A DNA stretch of 64,000 nt from a virus, in IMG/VR virus record IMGVR_UViG_3300031787_000065, positions 1 through 64,000 of that record; one strand, 5' to 3'. Made by a program: the position numbers and the translations under genes. Below the pieces are notes generated by a model. It ran no database searches. It worked only from the letters and a program-made list of their open reading frames with translations, and was not told where the DNA came from. Of the stretch, positions 50,513-61,800 are shown piece after piece. How positions within the stretch are numbered: position 1 is the first letter of the stretch; every line of letters starts with the position of its first letter.

Positions 50513-51559
50513 TTATCCTCCTTTAAGTTTTCCTCTCATTTGATTAGTCTGCTGCATTTGTAGTTTTAATCGCTCATCTATAAAGTCGTGCTGATTTACT
50601 GATCCCTTTTGTTTTATCATAGCTTCTCTTTGTTTTTTGATAGACATTGCATGACTATTGTTCATTGAGTCTATACGCTCAGCGCCCTGTTTATCGCCAG
50701 TGACAACAAATACCTCTGATGCGTTTTTAATTTTATCATTCTTTGTAGCCGATTCAGTTTCCTGTGCGAGTTTTTCCTGTTCGCGCTTTTTGGCTTGAAT
50801 TATAAACCATCCATCTAGCATATCGTCATCTTCAATTACATCTTTTGCTGGACACTCTATGGATTCTTGTATGTTGTCATACATCTGTGACCATATAATT
50901 ATATTTTTTTGATTAAATGTTAACTCAGAATTTTTAGGATTATTAAATAGATTTATTCTTGCGTTTTCTCTTGTAACCCACAATGATTTCCAAGGCTCAT
51001 TTCTTGCTAGTTCTCTAGACTGCTTATCTGTCAATAGTGAGGATTGCCATTCGTCAACCACGTATTGTAATGATAATTCGTTAAACTTGTAAGATTTATT
51101 ATTAGAAAATGTTGAGTTTTTAATAGACCATAAAACCTTTTCGTTAGAAGCATATCCCTCAATAGTATTTTGATAATATGAGTTTTTCTTATGCAGAATA
51201 GAACCCAAAGACTCTTCGCATCTTCTAAGGTATATTCTTATTTGCTCCCTTAGTTTGGGAGAATTTCTAGCATTGTAGATTTCTATTTTGAGCTTTTCCA
51301 AGTCCTTTTTTAATCCTTCTATTTTAGCATCATCGTCGTATAACCATAAGCCATTTTCTCTCATCCAATCCAACATTTCCTCTTCGCTCATCATTCCGTC
51401 AATGTATGCTTGATTATATGCTTCGTTATAAATATAACAAGCTTCTAAAGACTGATCTGTGGTAAGTGGCAATATTGTAAGAGATATATTATTTTTTTTG
51501 ACTGGTACCTTTCCAGATCTTATCATTGCAATAAAAAACTCCCGCTCATGTTGTTTCAT
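50513..51559 (-). CDS. probable tail assembly chaperone
   Basis: Directly after the tail tube; YDNIQE..ECP..DVIEDDDMLDGW motif. Confidence 0.55.
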   Translation of the reverse strand: MKQHEREFFIAMIRSGKVPVKKNNISLTILPLTTDQSLEACYIYNEAYNQAYIDGMMSEEEMLDWMRENGLWLYDDDAKIEGLKKDLEKLKIEIYNARNSPKLREQIRIYLRRCEESLGSILHKKNSYYQNTIEGYASNEKVLWSIKNSTFSNNKSYKFNELSLQYVVDEWQSSLLTDKQSRELARNEPWKSLWVTRENARINLFNNPKNSELTFNQKNIIIWSQMYDNIQESIECPAKDVIEDDDMLDGWFIIQAKKREQEKLAQETESATKNDKIKNASEVFVVTGDKQGAERIDSMNNSHAMSIKKQREAMIKQKGSVNQHDFIDERLKLQMQQTNQMRGKLKGG

Positions 51560-51579
51560 AAAAACCTCATGGCGGGAGT
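51533..51579 (-). terminator. terminator/attenuator hairpin enclosing the RBS and start codon of the 51559 gene
   Basis: Minus strand ACTCCCGC-CATG...ATG...CATG-A-GCGGGAGT then TTTTT. Confidence 0.65.
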
Positions 51580-51632
51580 CTTAATATTTTATTTCCTTGT
51601 AAATCCTAAAAATTAAATAAACTGTAACAGAA

Positions 51633-52739
51633 TTATACGTTGGCTAATTCACCAGCGCCACCGTGTGGAGGAATAACATCAAGATCGTTATATGTAACGT
51701 AGCTAAATGTCATACTAGCATTACCACCGCCAGCGTCTCCACCGCCGTATGTAACAGATGATAGTCTATTCTTAGAGCCTAAATCAAAAGTCGTGCCATC
51801 AGTAAGTCTAATCTTAATGGTTTCTTCTGATGTGTTACTGCCCTCATTTATTGTTCCAACATAGGCTGGATTACCATTCTCATAAGCATAAACAAAATCA
51901 CCAGAGATAGAAATAACTTCGAATTCCGCCGTTACTTCTACTGGGAAATTGGGCGCTCTATAGTATGGGGCGCGCTGACCTAGTTCTAGAATGTCTTCTC
52001 GTCCAAGGTCTGTACTAATGCTAATATTTTGAATATGTGCTTTTGGAGCCTTGGCGCTTGAATCCCAATTATTACCAGTGGTAGCAGTCGCGCTTAAGCC
52101 ATAGCTATTAAGAACGGCTGTTGGTACGATAGAAGATGCCATAACAACATTTTCTCTTCTTTGAACACCACCCGCAACATATCCAGACTGAAGATTCTTA
52201 GGAACGTCAACGTTTCCGCTAGTAGCAAACTTTGGAAAAGCTAAAGACGATGTAAACTTATTAGATAAATTCCACTGCTTATGATTGCCCACAAGCGTTA
52301 CAGATTCTGTGCAATTGCCTTCTACGGGCAAGGTGTATGAAATGGCATTAACATACATGCCAGACATGTAAACCTGTTGCTGTGGAGTGCCACTAACAAT
52401 GTCTTTATCGTCTGGATAGATAGCTAAAACAGCAGAACATCTATTCTTTGTTCTTTCTACGAGCTTATCGCCTGGATTAGAACCGTTTACATTTTGTGTA
52501 GATAAACGGTATGCTAATGGATAGCCGTCAAGAACCTTTTCTATTGTTAGCTCTACGTCGGGAAGACCTTCGATATTTTCATAGATAGAAATCTGACCGA
52601 GTTCGAAAATTTGTTCTAGGTTGAAAGATGTATTAATGCCAACGCTCTGAACGCCGTGAAGCTCTGTGAAATTGCTTGCGTCTGGGCATGGAGCAATGGC
52701 TACGGCTTGGCAGGCATAAAATATTCTATTATTTGCCAT
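51633..52739 (-). CDS. major tail tube protein
   Basis: HGVQSVGINTSFNLEQIFELGQ..IYEN and a second IQNISISTDLGREDILELGQ unit; own promoter motif and AGGAG SD. Confidence 0.8.
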   Translation of the reverse strand: MANNRIFYACQAVAIAPCPDASNFTELHGVQSVGINTSFNLEQIFELGQISIYENIEGLPDVELTIEKVLDGYPLAYRLSTQNVNGSNPGDKLVERTKNRCSAVLAIYPDDKDIVSGTPQQQVYMSGMYVNAISYTLPVEGNCTESVTLVGNHKQWNLSNKFTSSLAFPKFATSGNVDVPKNLQSGYVAGGVQRRENVVMASSIVPTAVLNSYGLSATATTGNNWDSSAKAPKAHIQNISISTDLGREDILELGQRAPYYRAPNFPVEVTAEFEVISISGDFVYAYENGNPAYVGTINEGSNTSEETIKIRLTDGTTFDLGSKNRLSSVTYGGGDAGGGNASMTFSYVTYNDLDVIPPHGGAGELANV

Positions 52740-52771
52740 TATAATTCTCTCCTAATTAAGTGGAAAAACTC

Positions 52772-52787
52772 TATTTAGATATACACG
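52772..52787 (-). promoter_or_regulatory. phage promoter motif CGTGTATA-N6-TA
   Basis: Minus strand CGTGTATATCTAAATAG, upstream of the tail tube gene. Confidence 0.65.
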
Positions 52788-52791
52788 AAAT

Positions 52792-53763
52792 TTATATAGT
52801 GACCTCAATCGTTTCAGCCGTCAATCTCACTATACCAGCATAAAAATTGCTGTTAATTAAATCCATATTTTGAACTGTAGAATTTTTAAATCTCAGTTTT
52901 CCTCTATAAAATAGATCGATTAGCTCTGGATATCTTAAAGCTCCAGAAACCGGCACTCCCATATTGTCCATAGGAAACGCCCCGGAATCCGCTATGGCGT
53001 TACTATTAAACATATGTATTGTTTTTTCGTTTTGTAGTGATATAATATCTACTAACTTATTCCTAGTGAATTCGTCTTCAGCTAAGCAGTGAAATATAAC
53101 GTCGGTTTCTACCGTTTGACCTCCACCAAGCTGATATCCACGAACAGTCCTTCTGGGAACTATTTCTACAGCTATAGCTGGTAATTGAACCCTGCTTTCT
53201 GCTGATAGAGCATATTCATTCTTATTATTAGTATTAAAGTTAGATGGGGCGTCTAATGTTCTGTATTGTATTTCTTTTATCCAGGGTAAACTATTAGCAT
53301 ATAATATATTAATATATTTATAGCTATATTCAGCTTTAACAATTGATCCAGTGGGAATTGGGTTATTAAATAAGACACGCCCGTTAAAATAGTCTACTTT
53401 GTGAGAATATTGACCACTAGCGGAAGATGGGACAAAGGTATTATTTACATAAACTCCAGAAATTCCAGGGTGGCTATGATTATTCCCAACAATTGGTGGC
53501 GGATTAAAAGATACCCCACTTTGCCAGACCCAGTTTTTTCTAAATCCTTCCCAGGCTAATCCGCTAGGAAAGTTTTTATTAGAAGATAATTTTAATCTAC
53601 TATAATCTCCACCCCTTAAAGAAGCCTCTCCCAGAGAAACATTTTGGTAATTTCCCTTTTGTAACAAGGCCCAATCTAAAAATTCAATAATATTATCTTG
53701 CAACTCATTATTTAGAGTTGTAGAAAATACATTATCAAATCCTTTTAAGTTTAGGTGGTCCAT
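52792..53763 (-). CDS. tail terminator/completion-like protein
   Basis: VQLPAIAVE...GYQLGGG...DVIFHCLAE...RNKLVDII; precedes the tail tube. Confidence 0.6.
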   Translation of the reverse strand: MDHLNLKGFDNVFSTTLNNELQDNIIEFLDWALLQKGNYQNVSLGEASLRGGDYSRLKLSSNKNFPSGLAWEGFRKNWVWQSGVSFNPPPIVGNNHSHPGISGVYVNNTFVPSSASGQYSHKVDYFNGRVLFNNPIPTGSIVKAEYSYKYINILYANSLPWIKEIQYRTLDAPSNFNTNNKNEYALSAESRVQLPAIAVEIVPRRTVRGYQLGGGQTVETDVIFHCLAEDEFTRNKLVDIISLQNEKTIHMFNSNAIADSGAFPMDNMGVPVSGALRYPELIDLFYRGKLRFKNSTVQNMDLINSNFYAGIVRLTAETIEVTI

Positions 53764-54395
53764 TAAGCTAAAGCTCTCTTTATAATTGAGGTTATGGCCG
53801 TTTCTTGAGTTGAACCAATTAACGCTCTAGTAATAAAGTTGTCAGTATTTGTACCAGAGAATTGGGGTGGAATTCTAAAAGCTCCACCGGGTAACATGTT
53901 TCCCAAATTAGATCGTCCAAGTCCAGTTTGAGGATTGTAACTATAATTAGCCACGATAATAGTGTCGCCCTTCGTTAATAGCCAATCTAGCCAGTGTAAA
54001 TCTCCATTATTAATGTTCACATGGCCCTCTGGTAAAGCCAATAAATTAGCAAAATTAGATGGTTGAAAGTATATTTCTAATCCGCCAGTTAGATTTGCTT
54101 TAAATGGAGTAAATTTTAAACTAATAGAATTTGCGACTGAGGCACATATCGATTCTATTATTGAATTAGTATCTCCAGGAATTCCAAATAAAGCCACTAA
54201 AGATCCAGTACTGTAAGATTGTAAAGACTGTATTTCTGGCTGAGCTTTAATCCAAGATGGTACAATTTTGACTAATTCAGATAGTATCCAATTTTGTTGA
54301 GATCTTATTTTTTGGGTTAATACATCGGCTATTGCTAAATTAATATTTTTAGTAATTTGCTTTTCTGTTTCTACAAGTCTAATAGAAAGTGTCAT
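53763..54395 (-). CDS. neck/tail completion protein
   Basis: LHWLDWLL...GT..DNFITRA; position; ATG 54395 overlaps the upstream stop. Confidence 0.5.
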   Translation of the reverse strand: MTLSIRLVETEKQITKNINLAIADVLTQKIRSQQNWILSELVKIVPSWIKAQPEIQSLQSYSTGSLVALFGIPGDTNSIIESICASVANSISLKFTPFKANLTGGLEIYFQPSNFANLLALPEGHVNINNGDLHWLDWLLTKGDTIIVANYSYNPQTGLGRSNLGNMLPGGAFRIPPQFSGTNTDNFITRALIGSTQETAITSIIKRALA

Positions 54396-54877
54396 TACAC
54401 CCTTCTCCACATACAGGCAAAGTATCTGTCTTGTCTTAACCCCATAGGTGTATGCTCGCCCATTCTCTCAAATCTTAACTCTTTATACTCTTTAATATTT
54501 TTATGAACTATTAGTGATTTAGCATTAAGTACTAGTGGTAAATCTTTCATGAATCCTATCGTTTGAATAGAACCGTCTGGCACTTGTATGTTTCCGCCAA
54601 CGCCAATCCACTGTCTAGCATCCCAATATACTTTTAGCTTAATATCTTTTAGTACTTCGACTTCTTTTACAATTTTATGTCCACGCTCATAATCACCACC
54701 TCGTACTCTGTGGGCATTAATAGAATTTTTCTCTGGCACATTATTGTCTGGATCAACAACTAGTTCTTCCACTTTATTTATAGATACTAATTGACATGTT
54801 ACTCCAAAAATATCAAAGGTGGAGTCTATTACATCATAGTATTTATCAAAAACACTTTCTGGAACATATACTGGCAT
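54395..54877 (-). CDS. head closure/stopper-like protein
   Basis: 160-aa beta-rich protein in the neck region (FGVTCQL...P.GL..DRY...W). Confidence 0.5.
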   Translation of the reverse strand: MPVYVPESVFDKYYDVIDSTFDIFGVTCQLVSINKVEELVVDPDNNVPEKNSINAHRVRGGDYERGHKIVKEVEVLKDIKLKVYWDARQWIGVGGNIQVPDGSIQTIGFMKDLPLVLNAKSLIVHKNIKEYKELRFERMGEHTPMGLRQDRYFACMWRRV

Positions 54878-55374
54878 TATATTGATTCCAATTCTGAAAT
54901 AGATGTAGCGCTGTGTATGGCGTGTTTCTTATTAGCATACTCAGCACTAAGGGTGGCTCTAGCACTTCCGTATTGTAACATTAAAGAAGTTAGTTCTTGA
55001 ATGGTTAGCTGATGTGGTTCGCCAGCGGTATCAATAATACTAGTTGAATTAGTAAGCCCAGCGTCGGCAGCTTCTTTTGCTAATATAAAAGCTCCAGTTA
55101 ATAATGTAACATCTTGTGTGTCTAAGCCCAACTTCCAGCCTTCTGGAGTTTCCCACCCACTTGCGATACTGTTTTTCCAACCTTGTTCAAGTTCCTCTAG
55201 CTTATTGAACTTGGCTAACTGTAAATCTAAGCTATTAAGTATAGCATTTATTTGAAGATACTGCTCTGGAGTTGGAGTATCAATATAATGTACTATTATA
55301 GAACCGTCATCTGCTGTTGATAGACCCTCAATAGGTACTATACTACTAATCATATTGTGTAAATAACTTATCAT
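54877..55374 (-). CDS. DUF4376-like fibre-associated protein
   Basis: IIDTAGEPHQLT..EL..L...I.SATSISELESI; directly downstream of a fibre gene. Confidence 0.6.
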   Translation of the reverse strand: MISYLHNMISSIVPIEGLSTADDGSIIVHYIDTPTPEQYLQINAILNSLDLQLAKFNKLEELEQGWKNSIASGWETPEGWKLGLDTQDVTLLTGAFILAKEAADAGLTNSTSIIDTAGEPHQLTIQELTSLMLQYGSARATLSAEYANKKHAIHSATSISELESI

Positions 55375-55377
55375 AAA

Positions 55378-57303
55378 TTAGCACTCCCAAGAGCCTTGAA
55401 TACCACCAAAATAATCGCTAGCATTTGATCCAAACAGAGCGTATGCTGATGTGACGGCCCCATTGCCCTTTTCTAGTAAAGTATAATAATGATATCCAAG
55501 ACCAGGATTATCAAACAATGTTACTGATAGTTGTTCATTTGTAGCATCGTTGATATTTGATATTCTGGTTCCCATAAATGGCGCGCTAGTAGAATCTTTA
55601 GCAATAGCAAAGCTGTATAAAACAGTGGGACTAGTTTGGGCGGCTGTAAATAATACGCCAGCGTTTAGAGCTACGGAATTTGTAAATAATCCTTGAACCA
55701 CTTCTACTGGATAAGAGACTGCGTTTAGTAGTCTCCAAGATGTTCCATTATATGTCCAAGGGCCAGCAGAAGACAATATTCTTAAAGATCTATTTACTCT
55801 ATTATACATATTCCAAACAAATCTTTTTGCTTGAGAGTCTTCTGTAGTATTACTTGTTGTGGCACGAATAGTTCCAAGATATCTTCGGCTTAAATTTCCA
55901 GAGAGAACATAAACGCCGTCCTGTGTGGATAAATTTGTAGCTCTTGTGGTATCAGTAGACCAAGCTGTGCCAAGCTCCAAAGTTACAGTTCCATTATTAT
56001 TATAAGCGAAAACGTCATAATTTTTCCCAGATGTCAAGCCGGTTAAAGATAAAAACGCTTGTGTAAAATCTAAAATGTCCCAACTTGCACTTGATGTATT
56101 ATACAAACAAATAGAACTGCCAACGTATGGGGTATAGTAAACAATGCTAGATGTGGCGTCAGAGCTAGTTACTGGAGTATTAGAAGTCAACGTTAGTCTT
56201 CCTCCAACAATATTAGTTAACGCCTTATTAAAGCTCAATTTCTGAGGCGTAACAGAAGAGTTTGCTAATTTAGTAGAATTGATAGCATTGGCATCAATCG
56301 TCCATGTAGTTCCAGTATTTGTAACTAATATATCTCCCTTATCTCCATCTGGAATTCCTTGATTAGCAGATAAAATACCAGACACATCGTTGATCTTTGT
56401 GTTTAATAACCCAGAAACTGACACTATGGCAGAATTTGTAGTGCCAATTAATGTAACAATCTTGTTATTAAGTATGCCAGACAAAGATGATATACCGGGA
56501 ACATCGTCTATAGTTAATTGTCTAAATGTTGGATACGCTGGAGAACATGGAGCAACGCACCCGCTTGGTGGACCAGCAAGGACTAATCCAGCGTTTTGTG
56601 GTTTAAATAGAATGTATTGGTTAGCCACGCCGCTAAGATCAAATACGGCACTAGTACCAGTAAGTTGACCAATTTTCCCTTCGCTAAGAGCTTGACTATC
56701 TAATTTGTTCTTTTCGTAATGACTAAACTGAACGCCACCAGCATAATCATTATTTGGAGGAAAATATATGCCAGAACTTCCAACCATAAAGCCAGAAGCT
56801 TTAACGACTGATTCTGGACCACTACCACCAAGATGAATCCCGTAGTCTGGAGTTGGATGGTTAACGCCTAGTCTTTTGAATGTCTTGTCCCAAACTATAG
56901 ATGAATCATAATCTAAAGTATTACTAGATGACCAGAAAGCAATACCATTTTGAGAAGGTGTGCTTAAGCCGTCTATACCAGAACCCATATATACAGCGTG
57001 GGTTGCTGGATATGTAACAAAGACTTCCTTTACGCCCTCTGGAAAGTCTACTCTATTATTGCTATTGGAACTTTTTAGTGGGAATCTAACGATATAGTTA
57101 ATTGGGCCGGTTTTGAATAATCCAGAACCAATCTCATATCTTGATCCATCAGTAACTGCGTAAAATAAAGAATCATTATTAGAATAAGATGAACCAAAGG
57201 AGCTAAATCCGGCAACTGCCCCATTTAGGGAAAAGTTACCGGTCCCCATTGTATAACTGATTTCTTTTATTCTATCAGATATTTTTATTTTGTTCTGGGA
57301 CAT
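55378..57303 (-). CDS. fibre protein (641 aa)
   Basis: N-terminal DRIKE...GTG..SL.GA..GF..F, 11-residue coiled-coil repeats, GDKGDI..WTID, GGRLTL...YYTPY tip domain. Confidence 0.75.
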   Translation of the reverse strand: MSQNKIKISDRIKEISYTMGTGNFSLNGAVAGFSSFGSSYSNNDSLFYAVTDGSRYEIGSGLFKTGPINYIVRFPLKSSNSNNRVDFPEGVKEVFVTYPATHAVYMGSGIDGLSTPSQNGIAFWSSSNTLDYDSSIVWDKTFKRLGVNHPTPDYGIHLGGSGPESVVKASGFMVGSSGIYFPPNNDYAGGVQFSHYEKNKLDSQALSEGKIGQLTGTSAVFDLSGVANQYILFKPQNAGLVLAGPPSGCVAPCSPAYPTFRQLTIDDVPGISSLSGILNNKIVTLIGTTNSAIVSVSGLLNTKINDVSGILSANQGIPDGDKGDILVTNTGTTWTIDANAINSTKLANSSVTPQKLSFNKALTNIVGGRLTLTSNTPVTSSDATSSIVYYTPYVGSSICLYNTSSASWDILDFTQAFLSLTGLTSGKNYDVFAYNNNGTVTLELGTAWSTDTTRATNLSTQDGVYVLSGNLSRRYLGTIRATTSNTTEDSQAKRFVWNMYNRVNRSLRILSSAGPWTYNGTSWRLLNAVSYPVEVVQGLFTNSVALNAGVLFTAAQTSPTVLYSFAIAKDSTSAPFMGTRISNINDATNEQLSVTLFDNPGLGYHYYTLLEKGNGAVTSAYALFGSNASDYFGGIQGSWEC

Positions 57304-57321
57304 AATATACTCCTAACAGGA

Positions 57322-58260
57322 TTAAAGAACAGTTACTACTGGTGGCACTCCGCTAGATTCATTAGGAGCTAATCCGTATACTACAATGTCATTAAGTGCG
57401 GCATCTACGAACTGATTGCCGTCATTTAGAACGCAGAACGTCATATTTCTAAGAACAGAAGCGTCATCGCCATTTCTAGCAACAATGCCCACTGTATTTA
57501 GATCAAAATCTTCTGGACTGTTAGAAGTGCCTCTAGAATTACTATTACCCAGTGCTACATAATTATTGCTTCTTAAAATGCCAGAATTAAATATTACTTT
57601 AAATTTACCAACACCTATTTTCTGTAATTCTTTTACATTATAAGATGAGTATACTTGTGGAGAACCGTCTACTCCACTAGCATCAAAGCTTATCCAAGCC
57701 TTGGCTACACCTTTTGCCGTAGACATTACAGAGTTATCTGTATTAAAAACAAATCTTGTATTAGAACCTACTTTGACTTGCTCTACTATGCCAGTATTAG
57801 TGGTTTGAGTTTGAAATTGAAGCCCCCTATTACTACTACTAACAATGTCTGAAGCTCCACTAGAGTTTATCCAATTGTTACCAAGTCCAAGGTTGGCAGA
57901 CATTACTCTTACGCCATTTAGTGGTAAATATTGTAAGTGTGGATCCCCTACGGCTAATCCTCCCAACTGATTATGCTGAATACTTCCTGGACCTGGATAA
58001 GGCTCATACTGAATTCCAGGAGTCTCTGCATTTGGAAAACTAATACCAGATCCTGCTATAATTAGCTTCTGAAATCTAACATTGCTTCCAGTAAATGGTG
58101 TGGACACATCAAAGTCTCCACTAGCTACAATTTGATTTATAGAATCAACAAGGTCTTCCATGTTATGACGAACATCATAAGCTGATATAAGACCGGCGTT
58201 ATTATCGGCCAATTCACCTTGAATATTAGCCTTAATCTGTGCTTGTGATAAAATAGCCAT
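57322..58260 (-). CDS. short fibre/receptor-binding protein
   Basis: DN.AG.IS..DVR N-terminal module; C-terminal AKAWISF...SSYNV...G.GKF.V.F tip domain. Confidence 0.65.
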   Translation of the reverse strand: MAILSQAQIKANIQGELADNNAGLISAYDVRHNMEDLVDSINQIVASGDFDVSTPFTGSNVRFQKLIIAGSGISFPNAETPGIQYEPYPGPGSIQHNQLGGLAVGDPHLQYLPLNGVRVMSANLGLGNNWINSSGASDIVSSSNRGLQFQTQTTNTGIVEQVKVGSNTRFVFNTDNSVMSTAKGVAKAWISFDASGVDGSPQVYSSYNVKELQKIGVGKFKVIFNSGILRSNNYVALGNSNSRGTSNSPEDFDLNTVGIVARNGDDASVLRNMTFCVLNDGNQFVDAALNDIVVYGLAPNESSGVPPVVTVL

Positions 58261-58271
58261 TTAATCCTCCA

Positions 58272-58778
58272 TTAGTATCTAAAATAATTGCTTCTAAAAT
58301 CGTGATCTGAATTTGTACGTGTCACATAGTCACTTCCGGGAGAATATGGACCAAGAATAGCCTGACCGGTAGAGCCGTGATATCCGTAGTCAGAAACTAA
58401 ATCGTCGTATTTCTTGGATATATCTTGATATAATGCTAATAAAGTCGAAGAAACTCCCCTCAAGTCTATAGCAGATGGTCCGTCTTTAATAGATATAGCA
58501 TTTGAAGCCTCAGTTTTGACCTCTCCACCTAATATTACTACAGCAGTTTTTAATACTAGTAAATTCATAAAATAATCATCAGATATTGGGTCTGGAGAAA
58601 TCGTGCGCTCAATCACATTAATGCTGTACTGATTATTAAAATCAAGTTCTAATACTACAAGTTTAGCTGCTACTAAAACGGCAGAATCTATTCTATCGTC
58701 TGTGTACTTATAATTTGACGAATCTACGTCATTTATAAGGTGTCTGACCATTATGTTAGCTTGTTCTTGCCACTGCAT
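58272..58778 (-). CDS. head-tail adaptor/connector
   Basis: VRHLIND...Y.Y.DDRI helical start, SIKDG.S.ID; neck position. Confidence 0.65.
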   Translation of the reverse strand: MQWQEQANIMVRHLINDVDSSNYKYTDDRIDSAVLVAAKLVVLELDFNNQYSINVIERTISPDPISDDYFMNLLVLKTAVVILGGEVKTEASNAISIKDGPSAIDLRGVSSTLLALYQDISKKYDDLVSDYGYHGSTGQAILGPYSPGSDYVTRTNSDHDFRSNYFRY

Positions 58779-58808
58779 ATAAAATTCCCGTTAAAATATG
58801 TGGAAATC

Positions 58809-58824
58809 CATATAAGTATACACT
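58809..58824 (-). promoter_or_regulatory. phage promoter motif variant AGTGTATA-N6-TG
   Basis: Minus strand AGTGTATACTTATATGG, intergenic, upstream of the adaptor gene. Confidence 0.5.
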
Positions 58825-58861
58825 CAATCCCTATCGCTCTCTCTTGGAGTCCACATAGTTA

Positions 58862-61800
58862 TTAATTGCCAAAGTTGGGACAGGGCGCACTTTGTGTGCT
58901 AACCCATACCGGTCTATATTCATTATTTATTTTGATAGCTATTACGTAATCTCCAGCACTAATATGTAAGGTTTTATCTCTATTTACAAGATTTATAGTA
59001 CCAACATCGTACCAATGAGAATCCCTTACAATAAGATTTCCAGAGGTTGGAACTGATGGGTCTTGTGGCGAGGATATATCTCTAGAAACATTTCCTTCAA
59101 TAAAAATAGAACTGAGAACACTGTTTATAGTAGAGATTTGACCACTAACTGTTGCAACTTGAGCATTCAGATTAGTTATTTGAGAAGAAGAATCTAAAGA
59201 AGTTCCATCACTGAATCTAACTGAGCCTAGTAGTCTTAAATCTCCACGAAGATCTGCGTGTGGAATGTCATTACTATCGGAGTTATAGTTTGGAGTCTTG
59301 CTAAGCGGTGCAACGTGATGCTTAAGTGTTAAAAGATCAGCCGAAGAATTACCCTTAAATCTAAAGGATAACGTATTGTCTGGGTAATTATTGCCACTAA
59401 AGTCTTGAACCTCTATAATATTAGCTCTAAGACCAAGGGCATCGGCATTAGTATTGTCAAATATATTTAATTTACCGCCGCTTGGTAAAGACAACTGTTT
59501 ATCTTGATCGGTTGGGCCTAGGGTTCCTTGTAGTAATACCAGATTATGTTGCGCACCTAGAATAAAGTTGTAGTTTCCACTAGTATTATTTCCTATAGAA
59601 TTGTTACCTATTACAATATTATGACTTGCACTATTTATAGTGTTATTGAATCCACTGTTACCAATAACTATATTATTAGATCCAGTTGATATACTTCTAG
59701 CTGAATATGGACCAATTATCGTATTATTAGATCCAGTTATTAGCCCGCTTGCAGCATGTGAACCTATCGCGATATTAAAATCGCCATTAGAGATAGAATA
59801 TAATGATCTATGTCCTAAAGTCGTGTTACCATTAGCTCCAGATAAAATCCTAGTTCGTGGAGATTGTAAGCCGCCAAAAGTATTCTCAAAATTATCAGTG
59901 AATAACAGTCTAGCATCGTTAACGTCAAACTTATTTATAATAAGATCATGAGTATTACCGCTGCCGTCCATAAAGAATACAGACTGAGCTTGATAATCTG
60001 CAATTTTAGGTTTTACAAAAAGCTTACCGTATGTGCTTGTGGCAGTTGGTGAACCGCTATAATCTTTCAAACTAATTGCGGCTGTGTTTCTAAAGTTATC
60101 ACCAAGCGTGAGCATGGCATTTGATGTGCCGCTACTGGTAAATAGTCCAACTGTATTGTTATCATACAGCCTAAAGAATACTTGCTTGCCAGAATCTTTG
60201 TATATACTTAGATCTGCAACGCCGCTAGTATTTAAATAAGCAATTTCTATACCATTATATTCATAGCTTTGTTCGCCAAACAACTGTAAGGCAGCAATAG
60301 TTTTACTCTGGTTTTCTGCCGTGGCTCTAATAATGGCGTTACCAGTTGTGCGAATATCCAAGGCGGTTTTTGGAACTATATTTTCTGATAATACTCCAAG
60401 ACCATTAATTCCAAAAATACCTTGAGAACCGTCCTTCATTAAGGATATGGTATTAAACATGTTAGAAGAATTATTGTATGATCCAATAACAAATCTGTCA
60501 GATGGTATAGACAAGTTTTGTGAGCTTGTATCAATAAATTTTAATTCAAAGCCCGTAAGAATGTCTTTATTATTATTGAGAGAATCTTTAACTCTTCGCT
60601 TAGCGCCAGTAATCATTCTTGTGGATACGCTGACGCCAGATTCTAAGGACGCTATTGAGGTCACATAGTCATTAATAATACCAGAATTAGAAATAAAGTT
60701 TACGTTTCCAAGTCCCGCGATATTACCACTAGAACTAGAAGGTCTAGCGTCTAGTATATTTTTTCTTCCAATATATGTATTTCCGCCATCAAAAAATAGC
60801 CCGTGACAGTTATTATCATAGCTAACTATTCGATTAGTTCTTAGGTATGCTCCAGAATCAATAGCTAATGTAGTATTAGTATACCATGAAGCTTGGGCAT
60901 AACCGTTAGTATCGCACTGTAAACCAGAAGATGGTGGTAAGAATGTGAATCTATAATCTCTGCGATAACCAGTACCGCTTGTGCTTGCTATGATGCCAGC
61001 ACCAAGCATTTGTTCATCAGTTATTAGAGAGCATTCATAAATTAATGGAGACTGATAAGCATAGTCATATATACTTGTTGGACCACCGCCATCAAGAGTT
61101 TCTACAACTCCGCTAGAGGCAAGATGGATTGTTTTACAATAATATTCACAGGTTTCATAAGCATTAAATCTATTAAAAGTAGCAACGCCATTAACTACAA
61201 TATTATCAAAGTATCCACCAGACCAAGGTTGGCTTAATGTTCCAATACTTGAATTGTTATTGTTACTGACTATATTAGTATTGGTTATAATATTTTCGTC
61301 GGCAGATAGATAAACACCGCTATTAAAAGATATATAGTTGGTATGTAAATTATTCCACCTATAACTAGAGTTACCTAGACTGCTAATATTTCCAGATGAT
61401 GGAGTGATATCACCATTAACCTCTAGAGTTCCGTTAGAGTTTAGAGTATTGGTATTGATACCAACTTTCTTAGCACCAAAATCTCCATATAATAATGGTA
61501 CTAATCCAGAACCATTAGGATTAGAGCATATGTAAGAGTCATCAACGGGGTGAGAGGCTATAAATAATTTATTAGAAGTAAATCTATCAACATAGTATCC
61601 TGCGCCATGTCCGATAGCAACATTAAAGTTACCGATCTTATTATTTATTAAAGAGTAATTGCCAAGACCAACATTACCAAAACCGTTAGTATTGCCACCA
61701 AGAGCGTTATATCCAACAGCCGCATTATCTTCACCATACACGTTGCATGATAATGAATGAGAACCTACCGCTGTATTTCTGGAGCCTTGATAGTTAGATT

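Noticed and set aside
49305-51559. Programmed -1 frameshift typical of tail chaperones
   Set aside because: Three separate ORFs each with an SD-like sequence; the A8 run near 51492-51499 is close to the gene start and no convincing slippery site lies at a junction
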